Origin: Phoronis australis
Lineage: Eukaryota > Animalia > Phoronida
Assembly: GCA_002633005.1 (NCBI GenBank)
Contig: NMRA01000054.1
Location: 1,097,147-1,161,146, forward strand
Length of the DNA: 64,000 bases
Direction: 5' to 3'
In this document: in pieces, positions 25,701 through 39,678 of the stretch
Position numbering within the stretch: the first letter of the stretch is position 1
Layout of the letters: the number at the start of each line of letters is the position of its first letter
Notes under the pieces: generated by a model
Told to the model about the DNA's origin: nothing
Databases searched by the model: none
What the model saw: the letters and a program-made list of their open reading frames with translations, nothing else
Translations under genes and position numbers: made by a program

Positions 25701-25982
25701 AGTCGCATTGTTGCGCAATAAGTGCGCTCTACCGCCTCCGAGGAGAACCTATCGAAATCGTTTTGCGTCGTAAATTATTAGAACAGCAGTTGTTTTTTGT
25801 TAAACATGGAACTGTGGAAAACGTAGACTTACTGATGTAATTCACTTAGTTGTACTCAGTGGAAATGAAGGCATATACAGAAAAGCTACATATCGAAGTA
25901 ATATTTGCGTATCAGTCTTGGGATAAGGATGCTGCCCGAGTCTGAGCTTTGCCTTATGTATGTACCAGCTATGCGCATTACT

Positions 25983-26279
25983 CAGTGGCGGATCTAGGAT
26001 ACCATGAGGGGGGCCCGACATCCTGGGGGGAATTGGGCAAAGCGCGTTGGTATGTGCACGCAGGCGGCCCGGAAAGTGTGGGGTGTGGGGGCCGAGGATG
26101 TATACCTTGTGTTCAGGAAATCTATCGTCGTTGGACTAAGAACGCAACGTGTTTTCTCCCCGTCCGCTACCAGCTCCTGAACTCACTATTTCCTCACGCT
26201 TCACTTTGTTTTTGCTGGTTCATTTTGCTTGCGGCCACCAAGGGGGGGCCTGCCCCCCTCCCCCCTAAATCCGCTTATG
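25983..26279 (+). mobile_element. hAT-like MITE, family CAGTGGCGGATCTAG...TAAATCCGCCTATG (copy 1)
   Basis: Ends and body shared with 34434-34770 and 43037-44003; flanks ttact/atact are a near 5-bp TSD. Confidence 0.75.
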
Positions 26280-27539
26280 ATACTATGTTCATAAAGTAAA
26301 TTTTATCGGACAACTTTGTCTTTCCACAAGTAATGCACTGGACTGTTAAAGACCACCAGTGCCTCCAGTCTAAATATTTACTGCCTATTTTACGGTCTCT
26401 GGCTCATTTTACTTGTCATGGAACAAAACTCCGTACGTTCAACTAAAAAACCCGAAAATTCGTATTATTTGTGAACAGTGAACAACGACTGTTTTGCTTC
26501 TTTGTTTACAAAAACACATCTCCATAACACTATTGTCCAAATGTCTAGGGTTTCATCAAATTCCTACCCCATGCATTTGAACATCAGATGTTTACAACAA
26601 CCAATAAAGGTTGTACAGACAAATACAAAAATACAGTGATTGGCTACTACAGCTCACATCACGAATTTTTATACGACCGGTTGGAAATTGGTCGACGACC
26701 AGCCGTCGACCGGTCGTCTAGCCGACCAACAGCCGACCAACAACGGTCGGCTAGGAGCCGTCTGCTGAGTCGCCTCTGTGGTCGGCACTTGGGTCTGCTA
26801 AGTGGTCGTCAAGCGTAGGCGACCAATTCGGATTAAGCATGTCCTTGGTCGGCAATTACCATTTTATGACTTCGCGGGTGAACTTTGGCCAAACAAACAT
26901 TTAACTGTTCTTTGTTCGTTCACCAGTGGCGACTCCGGTCTTGACATCAGTTTATCAACTTTTGTTCAACTATTGAAAAGTGGTAAAATCGAATCAAGCT
27001 ACAAATACAAAGTGCGTGGCATTACACCAACGCCAACTTTATGTTGAATTACTGACGGCGTGGTAAAATCAAACGTTAAGTAATATCACAGAAGCATAAT
27101 TTCTGTCTCTTAGTATGAGACTTTTTATACAGTACATTATGCATAAAAACAAGCAAGAAATTTGAAATTTTACAGTAAAATTGCACAAAAATCAGAATAC
27201 AACGCTGGCTGTTTTACGACCTCAAGTGTTTTCATGCCGCGGAATGCTCAACAAGCACCACGCATTCGCGCTCATCTGTTATTGCTCTTGATCATCACTT
27301 CATTACGTAATTCGCTTTACCACAGATAATTATTGCTTATTTTTGTATTATTTCTTAATATGTTGGTACAGCAGTAGAACAAAAGTTTATTTTAAGAACA
27401 ACATAAACTAGAAAGATTCTTGTCACGGCGTGACAATAACGGACTCTGCGCGTGCGTATTGCTGGAATTATTATGGGAAGTTACTGACAGCAACCCATTT
27501 ACCAATATGAAAAGAAATTCTTCAAAATTATAGGAGAAA

Positions 27540-28618
27540 TTACATATTAATTTTTTGATGACCTTTCCACTACTTGACCTCTTCCGGTGCATTATGAGCC
27601 CTGACGAGGGAGTAATTGTTAACTCGATTAAAAGTGTGGTTAATGCTAATAATCACAGATGTTTTACTTGAAGCACTTCAGAATACAATGCACCTAATGA
27701 CCCCATGGATGCACCAAATGACCTGAAAATTTAGAATTCAAACTCAATTGCACTTAGTAAACAGATACGTAATTCTGAAGTCTCTAGCTCAAAATTTTAG
27801 TTTGCACTCAATGACCTTTGACCTATTTTTTCTGATTGGTTAGGGCTATTGCAAAGTAAAGTAGGGTATTCAATTGGCATGTTGATTTACACCAGTGTGC
27901 TGAAATTGAAAAGAATTCCTTGAAAAACGTAAGACATATAACATTTTGAACGTTACATGACCTTTGCACTAATTGACTTTATCCGGTGCATTTTAAGCAT
28001 CTTTAAGAGAATTATTGCAAAGCCCATGGAAAATGTGTTGAACGCTGAGAATCACTGTTGTCTAACGGTTGACACATCAAGAATAATTGCTGATTGAAAA
28101 GGTCAAATTTTCAGAAGAAAAATGCACATAATGACCCCATGTTTGCACTAAATGACCTGAAACTTTGGATTCGGATTTGATTTACCTGTGGCAATCAGAC
28201 CTGTCAATTTGAAGTGTCTAGCTCAAAATTTTAGTTTGCACCTAATGACCTTTGACCTATTTCACCTGATTGGATGACCCGATTACTTAGAAAAGTATTT
28301 TTTTAAAATTGTCATGCTGACTTATACCTGTGCACCGAATTTGAAAAAGATAGCTTCAAAACTGAAGGAGGGGTAGCATTTTAAAAATTATATGACCTTT
28401 GCACCAAACGACCTCTTCCGGTGCAACATGGAATATGATTACATAACCAATCAAAATTTATATACTTTCAAAAGTCATATGCTGAAGTTAAAGACCGTAC
28501 CTGCACCCAGTTTGGAGTTATTAAGCCTCAAAGTTGGTCGGAAGAAGAATAAGAATAAGAATAAAATTGAAGAAAACCCAGGAACAACAGTACTCTGCGC
28601 TTACACGCGCAGAGTAAC
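27540..28618 (+). mobile_element. Helentron/HINE-like element with about 434-bp internal tandem units, an AAGAAT microsatellite and a 3' hairpin
   Basis: Units starting near 27698 and 28132 align; the element ends in TACTCTGCGC-ttacac-GCGCAGAGTA (28591-28616). Confidence 0.6.
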
Positions 28619-30979
28619 AATGGATATAACATAGCGCAGTGATTAAGATCATGGGCGCATGGAAACGGAAGCATGTGATCGGTTATAATGTCATCCATGA
28701 TCCATCATCATTCTGAATTTTTTGTCACTTTCGGAGTAAAAAAATGTTTCGAAGCTAGAGCCTTCCTATTTACCCAGCTAGCTGTATGAAGACTATTGTC
28801 AAAATACAGCAAGGTGTTACTGTGTATTGAGCTGCGACAAACCTCGAAATTGCAAACAGCCCGAATAAATACGCTCGTCACCTCGTCGTGAAGCTTGAAG
28901 ACCGGCTGGTGTACATGCAAAATCTGGAATTCAATTGACATTCACTTTGCCCGTTACAGCCGTTTAAACGAAAAAAAATATCCGACGTCATTTTCTTGCG
29001 TAATTCTCTGCATTGGTAACAAAGAAATGTATGTCGTCGTTTTGAAAGTAGTACATTTGTGACACGCGCCACTTCCAGAAATTTTTCGACATCTCCCATT
29101 AGATGATGACAACATCGCAGCAAAACCTGTTCTAAAATTCGGTTTACTGATATCCAAAAACATATAATGAAATGAAACCAATTTTGATCATTTGTTGTGA
29201 CGTTTAGGCAACCTCGAGGGAGAACGTTTGATTGAAGAATCTGGGAAAAAAAGTGGCTAATAGGTGACGCAATATTTGATTGCGCCGAAAGTCGACGCAA
29301 AAGATCACACCACAATTTTAGCAGCAGAATAATAGTAGAAAAGCAGTTTTTTCAACGCCGGTAAATAATTTAGATTACTCAAGAAAGATTTTATTGGGTC
29401 AGTTTTTACCCACAACGGCGCAATTAAAAGTTGTATATTTAATTTAGTAAACAGCTTCGCACCAAGGCCGAGCCCTTTGGAGTAAGAACACAATACTTAG
29501 CGTTTTGCGTCTACTCTAAGGGGTAAAAGTTATACTTATTTACGTGTCATTACAAACTTCTCCTGTTGAGAGTTTCTTTCTCACAAAAGCGGTCTTCGAA
29601 TGTAGAATCTGGAGTGTGGTATGTAGTGTTTGTCCTATCACTTTAGTTCACGTTCTTTCCGAAAATTATCTAAACGAATTTTAGTTTCAAAGCAGAGGGA
29701 GAATTGTGATCAGATATAAATGTGAATGGCTTATTGTTCTCGTACGTGCTATTCACAGTTATAACATATATAATTCTACCGATATTACAATATACGTATG
29801 CCTAAGAACGTACGTGCTTCGAGTCAGTGACCCTGTAATCAGTATGCCGTAAACTTTGTTTACCTAAACTTTGAAGACGTGCTTTGTACTTGGTCTCGGT
29901 TTATTAATGAAGGTCCTGACAACAAACGACTCTGAAAGTTTTGAAAACGCAACTCTTTCTTTACGCAGATACGTTTTCTGCCCACGCGTACATTCGATGT
30001 AGCCCCGGCCTAACTCTAACTAAGTAAAGTTAGTGTCAGCCAGATCACACTAAAGCCCGGCGGCGGGCCACATTTCACGGCACAAACTACTGACATGTGT
30101 CATTGGTTCAAGTTTAATCTTTATTAGAGCTCAAATCATGAAATATATAGAAAAGTGCAAATATGGTGATAGCCGAACGGGGGAGTTTTGAGGCCTGAAT
30201 TCTGGACTCTGGGGTTCAGTGCCAATGCCTAGCTTTTTGTCAGTCACAAAAATGAAGAGTGGGCAAAAGTTAAGTACAACTGCTTCATAGTAAAAATCTG
30301 ATCAAAAGAGATTGAAAGAATATTAAAAGAAGTGATCTTGTTATCTCTGATCAGTGTTAGTAATGATCCCAGCCAACGCGAGTATGATAGGGCTTTAGTC
30401 AACACGGTAGTTTCCTCGTACCCCGCAAAGTTTAATAGTTTATAACTTATTAGTTCATCGATTTTTAAAAATGAAAAACCATGCTTGGTTGTTCTTTTTC
30501 CAACTTAATACAGCCATGGAGTTTAACGAAATTCGACGCCGGGCGCCGTGCGCCGCCCCTGCCACTCGACTATTTTGAGCCATTTTCTGTAGCCTGCGGA
30601 CGAGATTCATGAAGTCGCATTTCCGGGTAATTTGATAAATCAACCTGGCACACTGCATGCTATATAGAAGCACCAAAAAACTGTTTTCCGGAGCGTGGAA
30701 AAGTTTGCGCACACGAAAAATGTTTTGTTTCACTAGCGCCGTAACGCCGCCGTGGGGACGTGACGCGAAAGATTTCAGTTTCCTTGCACGTAGAACTACG
30801 AAAGCGCAGTAGCCCACAGAAATAAAATAAATTATTTATCTCGTTATCTCAACTTTTTATATTGTCATATCTGAGCTGTAAATTTCGAGTACCGGTAACA
30901 CAGAGCATGAGCGGTTAACGGCGGGAGATCTAACCACATGTCGACTGATTTTCGAAAAAACTCCGCCGTAACTCAGGGG

Positions 30980-32275
30980 ACGCCAGACTACGGCACGGAG
31001 TCGCTCTCAAAATACCTTTATAAAACTATTTCTGTGATCTCATATCCTCGGACGACCACATCACTTCCCTCGTTCCATTTAGTTTCCAAAAGTCCTTTAA
31101 CTCAGTTCATGGTTGCGTTTTTCTGATTGCGTGAACCGTTTAACCAATTTGCCCACGATAGCAATGCAATTAAAGGTGTGCTTCAACGAGTATACTTAAG
31201 AATTGTAACGCCGCATATTTCGTCAACTCATCCGCACGTGCGCGCACGCAGACACATATACAATCGATTAAAAATTCAACTCAACGGCCAAGAATCCCCA
31301 GTTAAGAAAGTGTACAGGCGACATACTATCGAAAAGGTCTATGTGAAAAAATGACCTTGCGTATTTTCTCATGCCACTATAGGTGTACTAGGCTACGTTG
31401 CCCGCCTGATCGACCGACTGGGTCGTGCTGCAGGGCATCAGTCACTCTCAAAAATACCTTTATAAAACTACACCACTTCCCTTGTTCCACTCAGTTTCCA
31501 AAATTCCTTAAACTGTTTATGGTTGCGTTTTTCTGATTGCGGGAACTGTTTAACCAGTCTGGACCCCAAGCTCGTTGCTTCCGTTGACTTGTTTTGCCGT
31601 CACTTTTCTTGCTCTCCATCTATGACATCATTTTTTTCTGTAATCAGTTCTGTGAGGAAACCTTTTCCTCAGAAGGAAAGTGTTCTGACCTTTTCTACTC
31701 ATTTTATTGATGACAGAGCCACCAGGAAAATGCGTCTGCACTCATTCTACCTACAACTGTGTGCTGTCACGGAAACCCACGTGATCACAGTTCCATTGAA
31801 GCACTTCAATAGTTTCTTTGTTGGGTTAACCCAGCTCGACACAGTGGGGTGCCTTAGATACCTTAAACCAGGTTTCATTGAACCCGCTCCCTGTAAACAA
31901 CAGCTAAATGTAACGTTGAAATGCACCCACGACTGTAATGCAATTCCAGTAGCGTTTTTAATATCGTAAAATGGCCATTAAACGGCACAGAATATATTGA
32001 ACCTATCCAAAGCAGGGCGTCGTCTTCTCTCTGAGAACAATGTCAGACAAATTAAATGAAAATCCGCAAAGGAACTCTTAAGATAGAGAAAGGCGTAACT
32101 CACTTTTTTGAGGAAAAAAATTAAATTTCCATTCGGAGGCACATCAGTGGTCCAGTTGTTTTCGAGTTGAAAATAGGACTACACACGCCAAATTGTGACC
32201 TTGCAACGATAGCACTGCAAAAGGTGTGCTTCCATGAGTATGTTTAGAATTACAAGAATATATCGCATATTACGT
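30980..32275. repeat. Diverged local duplications
   Basis: The ctctcaaaatacctt...atggttgcgtttttctgattgcg block occurs near 31004 and 31446; acgatagca.tgcaa..aaaggtgtgcttc occurs near 31155 and 32206. Confidence 0.6.
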
Positions 32276-32522
32276 GAAACGCATTCGAATTGAGAAGGTA
32301 GCACCATCTCTTCAAAACATAACTATTTGCAGAATTTCATGAAAATAAGCTAACGAAATCATGAGACTTACAAAAAATTAACATTAGGTGCCACAGCTAT
32401 AGTCCGATATGTCATCTCTTGCCATTGGCGTTGCCGTTTCTCATGGGATGTATAATAAAACGGTTGGCTAATCTAGTGCTCTTCTAAAATGCTGATTATA
32501 TAATTGTCCAAATGTCGTGCAA

Positions 32523-32666
32523 NNNNNNNNNNNNNNNNNNNNNNNNNNNNNNNNNNNNNNNNNNNNNNNNNNNNNNNNNNNNNNNNNNNNNNNNNNNNNN
32601 NNNNNNNNNNNNNNNNNNNNNNNNNNNNNNNNNNNNNNNNNNNNNNNNNNNNNNNNNNNNNNNNNN
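32523..32666. other. Assembly gap
   Basis: Run of N. Confidence 1.
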
Positions 32667-34433
32667 AGATCGGGAGTGCCAATGTCTGAATGACAAAATC
32701 CTAGCTAATACTCTTCTCTGGTTCCCCTAACACAAAATCCTGAATCTGCCCCTGGATATACATATCATTAAAATCGGTTCAGTAATGGATATTTAGCAAC
32801 TGAAAATTTATCCTCTTCTCAAGTGCTGCAGTAGTTCGATTTTTAAAAATATTCATGAATGCCCCCATTTGTTGAAACAGATATCAAAATAAAGAAGAAA
32901 GTTTAAATATTTCGCTGGCATACTTTTCATTTTCCAACACTTTTCATGCTAATATATATGAGCTTCTGAAAATCATGAAAATGGCAAAATTTCGCTCTTG
33001 CTGAATTTTGGATTGGTAAACCATGGCTTATGTATTGTAGACGTAGTGACGAATGAGAAACTACATTTAGGTCGAGCCAAAATTCATACAAAATCACAAA
33101 ATTCAAACTAAATTTCATCGTAAACGACTGAGAATTCAACTAGTGAAAAGAATTATCCATTTAGCTCAACCTTTTCATTGGGCCAAACGCCTCGATTCGT
33201 GTGTTGATCTGTGCACCAGCAAGCGGGCCGATCAACAACTTGTCAAGATAATTCCGACACGTTTTGTAGCAATGATCCGACTTGAATGGCTCGCATACGC
33301 GATTTAGTTTGCATTAAACACAACAAAGTAATTTCAAAATCAAAAAATTTGCTTGACGTGCGCGAAATAAAAACCAAAGTTCACCTTCGTTACTACGCTT
33401 AGCCATGAGACCGGAAGTTTTGAATCCTGCTCACGTACTTTTGCGTTAGGCCACGAGACTTCACGGAGTCGCGAATCTCTTTACTAATATCTATGGTCAC
33501 ACGGTCACTGATCATAGCTACGCTGTGTTTACAAACGAGAGAGAGAGGACTTGCCTGGTATTATAAAACAAAAAAATGAAACAATCGAATTATGTCAAGC
33601 AAAATTCTTAACCTTGAAGCAGAACTCACTCAAGTGACAAGTGAGTTGATCAATGAAACAGCAAAGGCTATCTGCAAAACGTATGAATCAGGAAGGTAGG
33701 ACTTGGAGGCTCAAATATCACATTGCTAACCTTGAATTGACCTATCGCAAGTTCCGTCCCTATGCAAAAGTCACGTGATACCCGACAATCGAACGAGATG
33801 TAAGAGGCAAATACACTGTCGCTAAACGACGTTCCTGGTGGAATCGATGAGTGTTTTTGCACTATATGAAAACGCTTCGACAGAGACAAGAGGCGATGCT
33901 TTTCAGCAGAGAATCTTACGTTCATGATATGGAAATTTTTAAAGGTGATGATGAAAAAATAAGTGCTCGAGGAGCCAGCGAAAATCCGACTGAAGGACCC
34001 CTCGGCCTCGGGGCCACATTCACCTGACAAGTGACAAGGCCACTGATACGATATGTTCATGTAAAGTTGGGTATGTACCTTAAAGTGGAATTATCTGTAC
34101 GATTCCATAGATTTCATGACCTTTAGAATAAAACCAGTGAAGATTCACCGATGTTTTTATTCTGTCGTCTGCTAAATTTCGCCAAATGAAAAGTAGGTCA
34201 CAACTGGTGGGACTCCTGGAGTAAAGTAGGTCATAGATTACAGACAACACATGCACTAGTCTCTGACTAGGTCGACTCTATAGCACTGTTTACGCTTTTC
34301 TAATCTTGTAACGAAATATTTTGATTAAAAAAATTCAGGGTCATAGCTCAGGTACACACTCATCTCGTCCTAGGCAAGCAGTTAGCTCCGGTAGGTCTAG
34401 CGCTGTGTCTAAGTCAAATCAATGTCTGGAATT

Positions 34434-34770
34434 CAGTGGCGGATCTAGGATACCCGTCACGGGGGGCCCAACATATGTTGCCTCGTGGAATTGGGCAAAG
34501 TGCGATTGTATGTGCACAGGCGGCCCGAAAGTTGCAGAGGCCAGGGATGTAGACCGTTGGACCTTCTGTTCAGAAAATATCTATCGGTGAACTAAAAAAA
34601 CAGGAACAGGATTCCGCTGTGATCTGGAGTCTGAGCCCCCCTCTTCCGCTACCGGTCCTAGTTACTGAACTCAATATTTCCTCACGCTTCACGCTCTCGC
34701 TGTTTCATTATGCTTGCGGCAGCCAAGGGGGGGAGGACTGGGGCCCCTGCCCCCCCTAAATCCGCCTATG
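34434..34770 (+). mobile_element. hAT-like MITE, CAGTGGCGGATCTAG family (copy 2)
   Basis: TIRs and body homologous to 25983-26279. Confidence 0.8.
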
Positions 34771-35241
34771 AAACTGTCCGTTTGCACCATTAAGGAACGT
34801 GGCACTTTTTTGTGGTTTCATTCCATAAAGGTAGCTTTCATTTAATTTTGAAGGTAGCATGATCACTAAGTCGTGGTATGGTTACAAGAGATTACAAGTC
34901 TGGTGTGGTAGTTGCAAAAATAACTCAAATTTTTTTTTAAAGCTTCATAAATCTAAATATCATGTTTGAACAACTTCAAAATGATCTCTCTCTAACTCTA
35001 CAGACATAGTTTATGTTAGAGGTACACGTCAAAAAGTAATTCAACAGTTTACTTTTAGTGACGACAGCTCGACTAAGGCTTTGAGTTGCGGCAGTAATCC
35101 AGTGCCCTTCCCTGTGCCGATCGAATCTCTGAATTTTGACCGGGAGAGAAGTTCAGTTGAACGCCAGCCTACGATTTATGAATAACAAAAATGAACCTCT
35201 GATACAAAACAAAATAATTTCCGTTAGGTTGAAATAAATAT

Positions 35242-37600
35242 AAAAATGAAAGCGCTCCGAGGAGCGAAACTTGGCGAAATTAACCAAAAAGATGACGATA
35301 AAGATGATGACGAAGATGACGAATATGACGACGATGGTGGCGAGGATGAACAAAAGAAGTAATAATAACATACACATGACGAACGTACAAGTCCGAAATC
35401 AGTAAGAAAAAGCCTACAGTCTTGAGCGACACTTGGCGAAATTAACGGAAAAGACAACGACGGAGATGATGACGAAGATGATGACGATGATGACGAATAT
35501 GATGATGGTGGTGGCGATGATGAACAACATCACAACATTCATATGGCGAACTTAGATGTCATAAATCAATAAGAAATAGGCTACAGTCTAGTTCAATAGA
35601 AGATAAACCAACATCAATGCAGCAAGAGCGCTCAACAAAGGAACAGCGTTATCAGAAAATCTCAAATAACTAAAAAAGTAGACGTTCTAGCGAAAAATGG
35701 AGAACATCTTCAGAAAGCCCATTCAAAATTCTATCTAAACTGATGGTATCGCTTAATTCCGTAAAATTTTCGAAAAAAATGAAACTGCGTTTTTTTAAGA
35801 TGTTCAAAGTCAAATAACTTGAAAACGGTAAGCCTGAAAAAAAATTGTTACAGGCCATTTGAAAGAATATACTTCAAAGAATCCACATGCAAAAAATCAC
35901 GTCTTTTTTTCTTCCTGTTTAAAATGGCACTCCAGCACGACTGAAAATGGGTCAACATGCGCCAGATCCGCCATCTTGAAAGCAACTTCCGGTTTTTTAG
36001 CTTTGTATAATAGCATGTCATAAGAAACTAATACCTGTAAAAATTCGAAGGAATTGGTCTTATAATGCGCCCTCTACAGGAGAAGACGTTTTTAGGCCAA
36101 AATCGAGGTGCTTATGCGCGATCGCCGATATTTCCGCCATCTTTAACCGGAAGTTAATAATTTCAGGTATACTTGTAGCAAACTTCTGGTCAATTAACTG
36201 TGCCAATTCTTAGCCTTTTACGTAAAAAATTGTACTCTCCAGAAGCATTTGAACCTTTAAATGAAAACAAAATGGCCGCTACAGCCGCCATCTTGGATTC
36301 GATTTTGACGAAAAACAATAGGCTTCCAGTACTTCTAGAACTACGTGTTATGTGTAAATTTCGTGACGATTGGACGAAAATTGCAACCTGTATCGTGCCA
36401 ACAACCAAAAAATGAAAGCGCTCCGAGGAGCGAAACTTGGCGAAATTAACCAAAAAGATGACAATAAAGATGATGACGAAGATGACAAATATGACGAAGA
36501 TGGTGGCAAGGATGAACAAAAGAAGTAATAATAACATACACATGACGAATGTAGAAATCCGAAATCAGTAAGAAAAAGGCTAGTCTTGAGCAACACACGA
36601 CGGAGATGATGACGAAGATGATGACGATGATGACGAATATGCTGATGGTGGTGGCGATGATGAACAACATCACAACATTCATATGACGAACTTAGATGTC
36701 ATAAATTAATAAGAAATAGGCTACAGTCTAGTTCAATAGAAGATAAACCAACTTCAATGCAGCAAGAGCGCTCAACAAAGGAACGGCGTTATCAGAAAAT
36801 CTCAAATAACTCGAAAAGTGGACGTCCTAGCGAAGAATGAAAAACATCTTCTGAAAGCCCGTTCAAAATTCTATCTAAACTGATGGTATCGCCAAATTCC
36901 GTAAATTTTTCGAAAAAAATGAAATTTTGCGTTTTTTCTAAGAAATTCAAAGTCAAATAACTCGAAAACGATAAGTCTGAGAAAAAATTGTTACAGGCCA
37001 TTTGAAAGAATATACTTCAAAGAATCCACATGCAAAAAATCACGTCATGATTTTCCTCTCCCGTTTAAATGGCACCTAAGTACGACTGAAAATGGGTCAA
37101 CATGCGCAAGATCCGCCATCTTGAAAGCAACTTCCGGTTTTTTGGGTTGATATAATAGCATGTCATAAAAAACTAATATCCGTAAAACTTCGAAGGAATT
37201 GGCCTTATAATGCGCCCTCTACAGGAGAAAACGTTTTTAGGCCAAAATCGAGGTACGCATGCGCGATCGCCGATATTTCCGCTATCTTTAACCGGAAGTA
37301 AACAATTTCCGGTGTTCATGTAGTGCACGTCCGATCCATTTATTGTGCTTATTTTCAGCTCTGTACGTAAAAAATTGTAGCCTCCAGAAGCCTTTGAATC
37401 TTAAAATGAAAACAAAATGGCCGCCACAGCCGCCATCTTGGATTCGATTTTGACGAAAAACAATAGGCTTCCAGTACTTCCGGAACTACGTGTTATGTGT
37501 AAATTTCGTGATGATCAGACGAAAATTGCCACCTGTATCGTGCGAACAAAAAAGTTAGTGACAGAGCAACATACTTGGCGAAATTTATTTCGCCAAGTAA
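35242..37600 (+). mobile_element. Head-to-tail dimer (period about 1166 bp) of a Helentron/HINE-like element with a GAT/GAC microsatellite and a single 3' hairpin
   Basis: atgaaagcgctccgaggagcgaaacttggcgaaatt at 35246 and 36412 with colinear bodies; terminal hairpin TACTTGGCGAAAT-tt-ATTTCGCCAAGTA at 37572-37599. Confidence 0.75.
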
Positions 37601-38019
37601 AAACAAAATAAAAATGTCATCGCTAGTGTGCTGAGATCCAGCAGGTGCCGAGACAAAGACGGCCAGACGTAGGAAACTCGGGATTCAAAATCTGAGATAG
37701 ACTTGCACCATAGCCACCAAGCTGAAAAGTGCGTATCTTGGAACTAATATATTTGTGTTTATTGTAGCCTTATTATAGCAACATATCGCTATTGGTTCAG
37801 CTGCTCCTGTGGCCGTACAGTTTGATCCATAGTTTACGCTTTTCAACATAATTTTTCGGCTTAGGACATGCCAAGAAATGACGGGAGCAGCATAATGGCT
37901 GTCGGTGCTACACACGCCATATCAACACCGTTTCCCCATTCTTAGCGGACAATTTCTTGAGCTATAGACTAAAGTAAGTTTTACTCGACTACGTGTGGTT
38001 TGTCGGGTAAAATGGCGGC

Positions 38020-39236
38020 TTGGAAACGCAGACGAAGGTGTGCCAAGAATGCTGCGTTCTGATTGGTCAATTAAGCCAGTCAGTCATAATCCTGGCGATA
38101 GGTCAATTGGAAAGCACACGGAAAAAGCTGTCATTTGAAAAATTTCATTTGGACAGCATGATACATAAAGTAGGGGCAATCAAGTTCTATACCGGTTTCA
38201 GTGATTATGATCACTTCCTGGTCTTGTTCAATTTCTTGAAAGAAGACATCAACAACTTAGTCTACTGGGGTTCATCACTGAAAGATCCCGATCAGCCGAG
38301 ACGTGGAAAAAGAGCTCTGACCCCTGAAAATGAGTTGTTTATGGTGCTTTGTCGTTTGAGACTTGGATTACTTGAAGAGGACCTGACGTTCAGGTAATTT
38401 ATGTTTAAATATTCTTATCTTGTTAAATCCTTCACTACTTTTTAAATCTATAGTTTATCAGGCACTGGTTAATCAAGAAAGTATGAGACCAATCACTTAG
38501 TGTAGGTCGAAACAATCAGAAGCTAACAAATATGCTCATACATTAATGTATACTATTTATTTCAGGTTTGGGGTACATGTTTCCACTATTTCACGAGTAT
38601 GTTCAACTTATTTTGATTTACTTCATCGTCGCTGTCGAGAAATACCTATTTGGGCTACAAAAGATGTTGTCGACGAATTTATGCCTCAGTGCTTTAAACA
38701 AGAGTATCCCAGCACTCGTGTACAACCAGAAACCTATTCCTCTTACAAAAGTCACAACACCGCATAGGGGCTTGTTGGTATCTCTCCAATGGACACATTA
38801 CTCTAGCTAGCGACTTAGTTCCAGGAAGGACGTCTGACAAGGAGATTACAGAGAAGAGTGGGCTTATCGATGGTCTTGATGTTGGCGATTCAGTTATGGC
38901 AGACCGAGGCTTTTTGATTGATGGATACTTGGCGCAAAAACAAGTTAAACTTAACATTCCACCATTTTTGAATGGCCACGATCAGCTGTCACGACGAGGC
39001 GCATTGCACTATTGAGAATCCACGTGGAACGCGTGATAGAAAGAATTAAAAACTTTAGAATACTCCAGTTCGTCTTTCCAAACAGCATGTCAACTAACCT
39101 CAACAAAATATGGGTTATTTGTTGTTATCTTGTAAATTTCACTAACTCCCCAATAGTTGGTGAATCAACCGAGCTGATGACGGTACCAAGGAACATGCAG
39201 AGGAAAGAACAATGTAATAATCATTTAAAATACTGA
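38020..39236 (+). pseudogene. Harbinger/ISL2EU-type DDE_Tnp_4 transposase pseudogene with one intron (38394-38565)
   Basis: Motifs FYTGF, LTPENELFMVLCRLRLGLLEEDL.FRFGVHVSTISR, YSSYKSHNT, MADRGF, NIPPFL and RIHVERVIERIKNFRIL. There is an in-frame stop at 38765-38767, frameshifts, and the first catalytic-Asp segment is missing. Confidence 0.85.
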
Positions 39237-39678
39237 AAAATGAACAAGATGTAATAAAAAATATATATACAGTGCATATGTACATTTATTCATCTATCTC
39301 AAAAAACGCCATTAGAATTTTCGTTATAAAGCCAAAGGCAGACTTTTTGTACAGTGTAATTAAGAATACAACTTATATTTTTTACAAAAATACCTTTATA
39401 CCTCTTGCGTGTTGATTTGTCAAAAAGGACTAAATGACAATACCCAACGGCGTTTTTGAGACGACTGGTGTGTTTTTATTAGAAAAAGGTGCATTCATGG
39501 CAAAATAACTTTTCGATCAATTTTAATGAATTCAAACCTTTTTAAATGGGTTACTTTGGCATGTATGAATGTACCTTTTTGAAAAGTGAAATAGTTAACA
39601 TAGTAATAATAATGGAGCATAAATACAAAACGTATTTTTATGTACCCCGATCACTTTTCCTTCACTGGTTCAAACTAA

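Noticed and set aside
25540-25790. CpG-rich patch resembling a promoter
   Set aside because: No linked first exon could be identified, and it could be a transposon interior.
26670-26860. CGAC/GTCG-rich quasi-palindromic cluster
   Set aside because: Looks like the interior of a MITE, but ends and TSD could not be defined; it is not a regular repeat-spacer array.
27598-27635. CTGACGAG...ACTCGA hammerhead-like motif
   Set aside because: GAAA is replaced by GATT and stems I and III are absent.
35153-36682. Hydrophobic and Ser-rich ORFs that look like membrane proteins
   Set aside because: They are translations of the GAT/GAC microsatellites in the tandem element.
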